Source: a virus
Lineage: Duplodnaviria; Caudoviricetes
IMG/VR virus record: IMGVR_UViG_3300037851_000426
Coordinates: 1-40,746 of that record
Direction: 5' to 3' (one strand)
Length of the DNA: 40,746 bases
A program made the translations under genes and the position numbers. The notes beneath the pieces were generated by a model, which made no database searches, was not told the origin of the DNA, and saw only the letters and a list, made by a program, of their open reading frames with translations. Positions 34,444-40,746 of this stretch are shown here, in pieces (the stretch's first letter is position 1; the number at the start of each line of letters is the position of its first letter).

Positions 34444-34964
34444 GCTGGCGCCTCCCCCCGCGCGAGCTGGTAGCGCGTGCCCTGCTTGGTGACCTGGCCA
34501 GTCCTCACCAGCGGCTGGAGCGCGCCGTACAGCGCGACGATGCCGGCCTGGCGCTCGGCGTCCTTCAGCCGGAGGCGCGTCGCCAGTTCACTGATCATGG
34601 CGCTGCCCCCCCCGTTGAGGCCGAGCGCGTGCAGGGCCTTCTGCTTCCACTCGCCAGGCTTCGCCCGGGCGTGACTGGTCGCCTCGTCCGTGGCCACTGG
34701 CGGGCGCGTGGGACGCGCCGTCTTGTCGCGAGGGGTCCGCGTCGTCCTCGCCGTCGATCGCCGCGCCTGCGGCTTCTGGCGGCGACGTGGAGCCGCGTCT
34801 GCGGGAGACGACGTCGTGTCCGCACGCGGGCCAGACAGGGCATCGCGGATCGCGTCCTCCACCTCCGGCAGACTCAGGCCGTACGCGTCGGCGATCTCCT
34901 GGGGGCTCGCGCCCCACTTGAAGCGCCACGTGATCGCCTCACGCTGCCAGGGGATCTCAGGCAT
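34440..34964 (-). CDS. Two-domain DNA-binding protein (DUF433-like HTH, basic linker, wHTH)
   Basis: GASPQEIADAYGLSLPEVEDAIR; LVRTGQVTKQGTRYQL. Confidence 0.7.
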   Translation of the reverse strand: MPEIPWQREAITWRFKWGASPQEIADAYGLSLPEVEDAIRDALSGPRADTTSSPADAAPRRRQKPQARRSTARTTRTPRDKTARPTRPPVATDEATSHARAKPGEWKQKALHALGLNGGGSAMISELATRLRLKDAERQAGIVALYGALQPLVRTGQVTKQGTRYQLARGEAPA

Positions 34965-35085
34965 GGGGGCCCTCCCCTCGCTGGAGCTGCTGGAGGGCGA
35001 GGATCGCCGCATCCACGGGACCGCGCCACTGCGGGGAGATGTAGGCGACCACAGCGAGCTGACGGATCACCATGGACGCGCTCAT
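34957..35085 (-). CDS. Small hypothetical protein (42 aa)
   Basis: ATGA overlap with the upstream gene. Confidence 0.4.
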   Translation of the reverse strand: MSASMVIRQLAVVAYISPQWRGPVDAAILALQQLQRGEGPHA

Positions 35086-35477
35086 AAGCTCCCCGTGCCT
35101 GCCGTGAAGTCCGGGAGCGGGTCGCCATCCAGGCAGGACCAGAGGTGCAGGACGTTCGGATTGATGTTGACCCACTGGCTGCGAGGCGCGAGCACTTGGA
35201 TCGCCTTCGTCTCGCGCCCGAGGATGGCTTCCTTTGCCGCGACCAACTGCCGCCACGTGGGCAAGGTGGGGCCGCAGATCGAGAAGTGCAGCCACCGGCG
35301 ACCGCCGTGCGCGCCTACCGAGAGCAGGACGGTCAACCGCTCGGCGGTGTTGACCCACGCTCTCATCCCTCGTAACGGGACCGGTCCGGCCTTCCAGTGT
35401 GGGTCCACGACGCGGATCTCCATGTCAAGGATGCGCTCCGACGTCACTTCCTCGATCCAGTCGCCAGTCGCACTCAC
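35082..35477 (-). CDS. Conserved phage protein (DUF7694-like)
   Basis: WLHFSI...LPTW.QL...KE...[15 protein letters not shown]; GTG start inferred from homology with 503-613. Confidence 0.75.
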   Translation of the reverse strand: MSATGDWIEEVTSERILDMEIRVVDPHWKAGPVPLRGMRAWVNTAERLTVLLSVGAHGGRRWLHFSICGPTLPTWRQLVAAKEAILGRETKAIQVLAPRSQWVNINPNVLHLWSCLDGDPLPDFTAGTGSL

Positions 35478-35566
35478 CGCACCCTCCAGACGATCGCCGG
35501 CGATCCGCTCGGCGCCGGTCGCGAGCAGGGGGACACGGCGCCAGAGGGCCGCGGGGATCAGCGTCA

Positions 35567-36157
35567 TCACAATGAGCCGACGCCCTCGCCGTCGCCGACG
35601 CCCTCGCCGTCGCCGACGCCCTCGCCCTCGCCGTCGCCGGAGCCCTCGCCGGAGCCGAGGCCGTCGCCGGAGCCGAAGCCGGAGCCGGAGCCGAAGCCGC
35701 CGCCGACGCCGAAGCCGGAGCCGTCGCCGGAGCCGAAGCCGGCGCCCTCGCCGTCGCCGACGCCGACGCCGGAGCCCGAGCCGACGCCGTCGCCCTCGCC
35801 GACGCCGGAGCCGACGCCGGAGCCGACGCCGACGCCGGAGCCGAAGCCGACGCCGGAGCCCGAGCCGGCGCCGGAGCCCGAGCCGTCGCCCTCGCCCTCG
35901 CCGTCGCCGGCGCCCTCGCCGAAGCCGACGCCGTCGCCGTCGCCGAAGCCGTCGCCGCCGCCGTCGCCGACGCCGACGCCGGAGCCCGAGCCGGCGCCGA
36001 AGCCCTCGCCGGCGCCGTCGCCCTCGCCGTCGCCGTCGCCCTCGCCGTCGCCCTCGCCGACGCCGAAGCCGGAGCCGACGCCGGAGCCGAAGCCGACGCC
36101 GAAGCCGGAGCCGTCGCCGACGCCGTCGCCGGCGCCGACGCCGTCGCCGCTCATCAT
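35567..36157 (-). CDS. (Gly-X)96 low-complexity protein
   Basis: MMS(GX)96L; ATGA-coupled to the DUF6948-like gene. Confidence 0.7.
   Translation of the reverse strand: MMSGDGVGAGDGVGDGSGFGVGFGSGVGSGFGVGEGDGEGDGDGEGDGAGEGFGAGSGSGVGVGDGGGDGFGDGDGVGFGEGAGDGEGEGDGSGSGAGSGSGVGFGSGVGVGSGVGSGVGEGDGVGSGSGVGVGDGEGAGFGSGDGSGFGVGGGFGSGSGFGSGDGLGSGEGSGDGEGEGVGDGEGVGDGEGVGSL
35573..36148. repeat. Degenerate 6-bp tandem array, 96 units (GGC-NNN on the minus strand)
   Basis: Strict hexamer phase over 576 bp. Confidence 0.95.
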
Positions 36158-36444
36158 GCCCGCCAGACCGGCACGCCCTCGATGCTGGCTCGGGCTTCCG
36201 GCGTGACGTCCAGGATCTCGATGGCCTCCAGGAGGAGGACCCTCGGGACCGCGACCGGGAACTTGCAGCGCTCCGGCTGGCTTGTGCCCTCCACCGCCAG
36301 TTGCGAGAGCGAGGCCGCCCCCGCCCAATACCAGATGCGGCGAGCCTCTGTGAGGCTCACCTCACGGCCCTCACGGGCCTCCAAACAGCCGGCGAACACG
36401 CCGGCCGAGTACGTGCGGACGATCACGTACGGCTGATCGGACAT
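36154..36444 (-). CDS. DUF6948-like protein
   Basis: [14 protein letters not shown]...[20 protein letters not shown]. Confidence 0.85.
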   Translation of the reverse strand: MSDQPYVIVRTYSAGVFAGCLEAREGREVSLTEARRIWYWAGAASLSQLAVEGTSQPERCKFPVAVPRVLLLEAIEILDVTPEARASIEGVPVWRA

Positions 36445-36447
36445 GGG

Positions 36448-36693
36448 TCACTCCTCCTGCGCGGTCATCGCGCCGAACTCCGCGCTCAGGTCGGCGAGCG
36501 CGTCCTCAATCGTGCTGTAGTCGGGGACGACGCGGACGCCCTCGCGCACCTCCCCGGTGATCCGGTGGACCGCGTAGACCGACACCACGTCGCGCCCGTC
36601 GGCGTCGGTGCCGAGGCCGGTGACGATCACCCAGGGCTGCTCAGCGACGGGGACCGGCGGGCGGCCCGCGAGGTAGCGGTCAGGCGCGCTCAT
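36448..36693 (-). CDS. Hypothetical protein, paralog of 35-280
   Basis: Near-identical protein to the unit A copy. Confidence 0.75.
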   Translation of the reverse strand: MSAPDRYLAGRPPVPVAEQPWVIVTGLGTDADGRDVVSVYAVHRITGEVREGVRVVPDYSTIEDALADLSAEFGAMTAQEE

Positions 36694-36917
36694 GACGCCT
36701 CCTCGGCGGGCCGGATCGCCGCCCAGAGCGTCCCCGCGGGGTCCAGGTGCAGCCCCAGGAGCCGCGGGCGCCGCGCGATCTCCAGCACCCAGCGGTGAGA
36801 CTCCCCGGCGCCGCTCAGGTGCGCCGTGTGGTAGCACCCGCGTCCGGGCAGGCAGTCGAGCGCGCGCTGCCGGACGGGGCACTCGCCGGGGCAGGTCAGG
36901 ACACAGGATCGGCTCAT
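36690..36917 (-). CDS. Hypothetical Cys-containing protein, paralog of 277-522
   Basis: MSRSCVLTCPGECPVRQRALDC; ATGA overlaps. Confidence 0.7.
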   Translation of the reverse strand: MSRSCVLTCPGECPVRQRALDCLPGRGCYHTAHLSGAGESHRWVLEIARRPRLLGLHLDPAGTLWAAIRPAEEAS

Positions 36918-37162
36918 GGCGTCTCCTCCGGGCGGGCCGCCACGAGGGGCGGCGGGCCCGCGAGCGCCCGCGCCTGGTCGCGCAGCGTTCCGCTGACGGG
37001 GTGCAGGATCGCGACGGCGAGGCGCAGCTGCGGCGCGACCTGGTGGAGGGGGGGGTGGCCCTCCAGCGTGCGGAGGATGGCGATCGCCGCGCCGAGCAGG
37101 GTCTCCGCGTCCGCGTAGTCGTGCGGCGTCAGCCGACGGCGGGAGCGACGGCGGGCACTCAT
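36914..37162 (-). CDS. Hypothetical protein
   Basis: MSARRRSRRRLTPHDY; ATGA overlaps. Confidence 0.6.
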   Translation of the reverse strand: MSARRRSRRRLTPHDYADAETLLGAAIAILRTLEGHPPLHQVAPQLRLAVAILHPVSGTLRDQARALAGPPPLVAARPEETP

Positions 37163-37338
37163 GACCCCTCCTCCGGGGGCTCCCGGTCGGCGCGGCGCCG
37201 CGTGGCGCACCACGCGGCCCAGGCCCGCGCCTCCGCCTCCCGCCGCGCCCGCGTCTCCCGATGCAGGCCATACCAGACCAGCGCCAGCACCAGCGCGAGC
37301 CCTCCCCCCCCCAACCCCACCAGCCCAAGCCACGTCAT
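37159..37338 (-). CDS. Small membrane protein (59 aa) containing a G9 tract
   Basis: [28 protein letters not shown]; ATGA overlaps at both ends. Confidence 0.65.
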   Translation of the reverse strand: MTWLGLVGLGGGGLALVLALVWYGLHRETRARREAEARAWAAWCATRRRADREPPEEGS

Positions 37339-38147
37339 CGTGCCCCCTCCGTCGTCTCCTCCGGCGTGTCGCCGGGGTGGGCGGGCGGGAGGCCGAGCGT
37401 CTCGGCAGCCGCGGGCCCCACGTCCACGACCTCCAAGGCCTGGCTGACGCCGGCCTCCGCCAGTTCATCCAGCGCCACCGCCCGCTGGGCCTCGATCGAC
37501 ATGGGCGCCAGCTTCAGCGCCCGCCGCAGGACTGTCTTCTTCGCCATCTCGGGCCAGTCGGAGACCCACGGCCCGCTCTGCCCCGCGCGTGATCGCTTCC
37601 GCACCGTCTCGATCTCGCGGTGCGTCATCACCTCGAATTGGTAGCCGCCGTCCTTGAGCCGGACGACGGCGTATGCGTGCGTGATCGCGGGCGCCTCGTC
37701 CGCGTCGTGGTCGGCCGGGACGTGCTCGAGAACGGGGGTTAGGCCGAACGCATAGCGGAAGTGGTCGCCCGCCCGCACCACGCGCGCGTCGAGGCTCGAC
37801 ACCTCCCCGCTGCGCCGCGCGAGCGCCACCAGGCCCTTGTACCCCGGGATGAATTGGACCTCCCGCCGCTGTTTCTGCGTGTTCCGGAAGGGCACCAGGT
37901 ACGCGTGCCCGAGGACGCCATCGGGCTCCAGGCCGAGCTGCGCGGACTGGATGATCGCGGCCAACAGGGAGGTCTGGTCACAGTCCAGGAGATCCGGCGT
38001 CCGCTGCACGGATGTCAGCGCCACCCGGATCAGCCGGTCGGCGCTGAGGTGCTTGGGGAGCGCGAGGGCGATCTGGGGCTTCGCGCGCTCCAGCAGCGCG
38101 CGGATCGAGGTGACCTTCTCTTTGAGCGAGACGATCTGCGTACTCAT
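37335..38147 (-). CDS. recT: RecT single-strand annealing protein
   Basis: ALPKHLSADRLIRVALT...LGLEPD..LGHAYLVPF...GYKGL..LARRSG...PW..DW.EMAKKTVLRR. Confidence 0.95.
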   Translation of the reverse strand: MSTQIVSLKEKVTSIRALLERAKPQIALALPKHLSADRLIRVALTSVQRTPDLLDCDQTSLLAAIIQSAQLGLEPDGVLGHAYLVPFRNTQKQRREVQFIPGYKGLVALARRSGEVSSLDARVVRAGDHFRYAFGLTPVLEHVPADHDADEAPAITHAYAVVRLKDGGYQFEVMTHREIETVRKRSRAGQSGPWVSDWPEMAKKTVLRRALKLAPMSIEAQRAVALDELAEAGVSQALEVVDVGPAAAETLGLPPAHPGDTPEETTEGAR

Positions 38148-39058
38148 ACGGCCCTCCGAGACGCGGCGCTCCGCCGCAGCACGCGCGCCTCGGACGCCGC
38201 GACGGTGTAGGCCGCGCGGGTCTGCGTGCGCCAGGTGTAGGTCACGCCGCCCGGGAGGAGCCCCGCGGGCGCGTCCCCGATCAGCGCCTTCAGGTGCGCT
38301 TCGGCCTCGGCCTTGAGGCCCTCGCCGGCCTTGATGGTCTCCAGGGCCGCGGCCCGCTGGGCATCCCAGGCATCCGCCTCAGGGGGCAGGGCCACGGGGT
38401 CGCTCCCGGGGGCCTCGCGCGGGTAGCGGGCCGCGAGCGCCGCCAGGGTGGACGGGCGGCCATCGACCGGCGGGGGATCGCGGTCCAGGAGCCGCTGCCA
38501 GAAGGCCGCCTCCGCCGCCGTCAGCGCCGCGATGCAGGCCTCATCCCGGGCGACATCGACCCAGCGGAGCTGCTGCCCGCCGATCAGGACGGCGAGACTG
38601 CCCCACTGCCAGCCCGTGACCGCGAGCTGGTGCTGCACTTGCAGCAGGTAGGGGTGGGGGGCGCCCTCCTCCCACGCGCCCGCGTGCGCCGTGCCCGTGC
38701 TCTTCAGCTCGAGGACGCCGGGGCCGCGGGCATCGATCGGCGCGAGCACGCGATCGAGCGTGGCCCGCTGCCAGGCGTGCGTGTCGCTGACGTGGACGGT
38801 CCAGGGCGGCAGGGCGGACACCTGCCGGCCCGTCGCCTCGGCGTACGCCTCCGCAATGAGGGGTTCCAGCTTGATCCCCCACTGCATGGCCTCCGTGTCT
38901 GCCGCGGGCTCCATCAGGCCTAATTTCTGGGCCCAGAGGGCGTACGGCGACAGCCACGGGGAGGCGGCGAGCAGGATCGCCGCCTCGCTGGAGCCGATGC
39001 CCTCGCGCCGGGCGGCCAGCCACGCGGCCCGGTCGGGGTAGGTGATCGTGCGGCTCAT
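38144..39058 (-). CDS. yqaJ: YqaJ-like viral recombinase exonuclease
   Basis: WLAARREGIGSSE...WG..LEP...ATLD...LELKS...Y.LQVQHQLAVTG. Confidence 0.93.
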   Translation of the reverse strand: MSRTITYPDRAAWLAARREGIGSSEAAILLAASPWLSPYALWAQKLGLMEPAADTEAMQWGIKLEPLIAEAYAEATGRQVSALPPWTVHVSDTHAWQRATLDRVLAPIDARGPGVLELKSTGTAHAGAWEEGAPHPYLLQVQHQLAVTGWQWGSLAVLIGGQQLRWVDVARDEACIAALTAAEAAFWQRLLDRDPPPVDGRPSTLAALAARYPREAPGSDPVALPPEADAWDAQRAAALETIKAGEGLKAEAEAHLKALIGDAPAGLLPGGVTYTWRTQTRAAYTVAASEARVLRRSAASRRAV

Positions 39059-39324
39059 CGCCGCCCCTCCCCGTCGGCCGCGTGCAGGTCGGCGATCGCC
39101 GCGTACGCCGCCGCGTACTTGCCGATCACCAGCCGCGTGATGTCGGCCGCCACGCCGTGCGCGATCTCGTCGCCGTCGATCTCGTGGAGGCGGAGCCGCA
39201 GCTCCGCCGTGGCGGCCAGCAGCGCCTGGCCGTGCACCCAAGGGTCGATCGGGCCCTGGGGCGCCTGGGGGGGGGACGGTTGCAGCACGCGCATCGCGTG
39301 CTGCATCATGGGGTGGAGGTTCAT
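39055..39324 (-). CDS. Hypothetical protein
   Basis: ATG with GAGG RBS; ATGA overlap with yqaJ. Confidence 0.65.
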   Translation of the reverse strand: MNLHPMMQHAMRVLQPSPPQAPQGPIDPWVHGQALLAATAELRLRLHEIDGDEIAHGVAADITRLVIGKYAAAYAAIADLHAADGEGRR

Positions 39325-39395
39325 CGCCTCATCTCCTCGTTCTGGCCCCTGCGTCAGCTGCTCACTGACCAGGGGCCGCGCTTTCTACACGCCGG

Positions 39396-39626
39396 CTACG
39401 CTGAGTCCCCGGCCTCGTCCGCAAGAGGCACGAGGCTGGCGATGGGAATCTCAGCCACTTCCGCGATCCGGATCGCCACGGCCAGCTTGGGCACACGATG
39501 CCCGTTGAGGATCTTCGACACGTCAGACTGCGAGAGTCCGACGCGCAAGGCAAACTGCGCCTGCGTCAAGCCTGTTGCGTCCAGGAACTCTCGCAACGAT
39601 TGGTAGGTGACGCGATGCTCGGTCAT
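39396..39626 (-). CDS. Cro-like XRE HTH protein
   Basis: LREFLDATGLTQAQFALRVGLSQSDVSKILNGHRVP. Confidence 0.85.
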   Translation of the reverse strand: MTEHRVTYQSLREFLDATGLTQAQFALRVGLSQSDVSKILNGHRVPKLAVAIRIAEVAEIPIASLVPLADEAGDSA

Positions 39627-39637
39627 AGCCGAGACGG

Positions 39638-39666
39638 AATATATGCCGAATAAGCAACACTGTCAA
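39638..39666 (-). promoter_or_regulatory. Near-consensus sigma70 early promoter of unit B
   Basis: TTGACA (39661-39666), 17-nt spacer, TATATT (39638-39643), in an AT-rich patch. Confidence 0.85.
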
Positions 39667-39684
39667 CAGGAATTTTCCCTCTCG

Positions 39685-40161
39685 TCATAACCGCGCAGGA
39701 TCGTGCGCCTCGCCGGGGACGGCGGTCCGTCCGCCCTGATAGGCGATCCCGCGCGCCCACTGCTCGAGCGCGGCGACGCGCGTCGCGAGGTCGTCGGACG
39801 GCGGCGGGTCGATGGGGCCGATCGCGCCGATGTGGTTGACGGCCGACACGTCGAGGAACACCTGCCCGGCGAGGTCGATCGGGCGAGGCATCGAGGCGAG
39901 CGCCCATCCCGGCGTCCCCTGCGCGTGGATCAGGTCGTAGCCAAGGAATGGCGACCGCGTGGCGATCACGTCCGTGGAGGGCGGCCGCCCCTCCCCGGCG
40001 CTCTTGTGCCCCCAGCCTTCCCCGGGGAAGCTGAAGGCGAACTGCTCGGCGCACCCGTGCGTCCAGGCCCGCGCGGACTCATCCTGGCCGGGGCCGCCCG
40101 GACAGGGACGCCTCCGCGCGTACGCGTCGAGGACCGCTTGGTGACTCGTCGTCCAACTCAT
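39685..40161 (-). CDS. Hypothetical protein, paralog of 12425-12865
   Basis: WGHKSAGEGRPPSTDVIA...YDLI...IDPPPSDDLATRVAALEQWAR. Confidence 0.7.
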   Translation of the reverse strand: MSWTTSHQAVLDAYARRRPCPGGPGQDESARAWTHGCAEQFAFSFPGEGWGHKSAGEGRPPSTDVIATRSPFLGYDLIHAQGTPGWALASMPRPIDLAGQVFLDVSAVNHIGAIGPIDPPPSDDLATRVAALEQWARGIAYQGGRTAVPGEAHDPARL

Positions 40162-40180
40162 CACGCCCTCCGTCACCGCC

Positions 40181-40459
40181 TCACGCCCCCTGGAGCACCG
40201 CGCACAAGAGCAGACTCCACGACGCGAGGACTGACACCGTGCCCACGAGGTCGCCCCCGCGGCTGCCCCCCATGTCCCCCTGCACACGCCAGCGGCCATC
40301 GGCCCACACGGCCCGCACTGTCACCCGCCAGCGCCCGTCCGTGCTCGCCACCCCGAGGATGGCGCAGTGCCGGTCCCGTGGCACCCCGGCCAAGAGGCGA
40401 TCGACCTGGGCCTGCAGCGCCTCGCGCGACAGCGGCCCCGGCCCTGGCGCGTCGCTCAC
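40181..40459 (-). CDS. Hypothetical protein, paralog of 12877-13125 (stop lost, about 11 aa longer)
   Basis: About 220 bp of DNA homology, 40217-40442 versus 12880-13105. Confidence 0.7.
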   Translation of the reverse strand: MSDAPGPGPLSREALQAQVDRLLAGVPRDRHCAILGVASTDGRWRVTVRAVWADGRWRVQGDMGGSRGGDLVGTVSVLASWSLLLCAVLQGA

Positions 40460-40746
40460 GCCCGCCGCCGCATCGGCTTCCGCACGGGCCGCGGGGGCTG
40501 CCACCAGGGCGGGGCGGGGCGGACGCCAGACACGGACAGCCAGATCTCCGCCTGCGCCAACACCGCGGCGTGGACCTCCGCCCCCGGGTCCGGCACGGCC
40601 ACCCCCAGGCCCCAGACCTCCGTCGTCGCCCACTGCACCGGCGGGCCGCTGGCCACCTCACTGCCCACGAGGCTCAGGAGGTCGCCGGTGAACACCGCCT
40701 GCCCCCCATCCCCCACGACCGCGAACTCCCCGAGGGCGAGGACGCC
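40456..40746 (-). CDS. Hypothetical protein, 3' part (5' end outside the window)
   Basis: Frame open from the window edge; GTGA overlap with the next gene. Confidence 0.55.
   Translation of the reverse strand, partial: GVLALGEFAVVGDGGQAVFTGDLLSLVGSEVASGPPVQWATTEVWGLGVAVPDPGAEVHAAVLAQAEIWLSVSGVRPAPPWWQPPRPVRKPMRRRA

Larger units (their letters stand above)
6357..39680 (-). mobile_element. Phage unit B: near-complete HK97-like siphophage lacking CI/integrase at its early end
   Basis: Collinear early, packaging, head, tail and lysis modules, all on the minus strand. Confidence 0.9.
39685..40746 (-). mobile_element. Phage unit C: late/lysis-distal end of a third related phage (continues right)
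   Basis: Two consecutive genes paralogous and syntenic to 12425-13125. Confidence 0.7.

Noticed and set aside
35397-36206. Plus-strand (Pro-X)n ORF resembling TonB or cell-wall linkers
   Set aside because: Antisense shadow of the hexamer array; the minus-strand frame fits the operon by ATGA coupling
6357-39680. UGA recoding or selenoproteins suggested by the selC target
   Set aside because: Conserved genes are full length under the standard code, and TGA stops mostly form normal ATGA/GTGA overlaps

Overview
High-GC (about 70% by eye) window made entirely of temperate siphovirus-type phage DNA; no host housekeeping genes are visible. It reads as a chain of three related phage units, almost all on the minus strand. 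Unit A (1-6241) is an early/immunity end: small early genes, Xis-like HTH, CII-like, divergent Cro/CI pair, Zn-ribbon membrane protein and a tyrosine integrase. An attP-like junction carrying the 3' end of a tRNA-Sec, with arm-type repeats on both sides, follows at about 6244-6508. Unit B (about 6357-39680) is a nearly complete HK97-like phage. In transcription order it has a Cro-like HTH, YqaJ/RecT, DUF6948-like plus a (Gly-X)96 protein, replication initiator, RusA, HNH, TerS/TerL, portal, protease, capsid, neck, two tail-tube paralogs, frameshifted chaperone, tape measure, baseplate, S74 tail fibre, a lysis cassette and a post-lysis module with a MAF/DUF115-like transferase and a methyltransferase. 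B has no CI or integrase at its early end. Unit C (39685-40746) is the late end of a third relative, paralogous to 12425-13125. The most unusual signals are: three late-operon proteins, including the S74 tail fibre, with Sec-type signal peptides predicted to expose Gln-Thr; the putative virion-modification module; 31-bp inverted repeats bracketing the integrase; an HTH with 10-bp-period boxes between terL and portal; and the tandem or mosaic multi-phage architecture, which could also be an assembly chimera. Family assignments are from motif recognition only; no searches were run.
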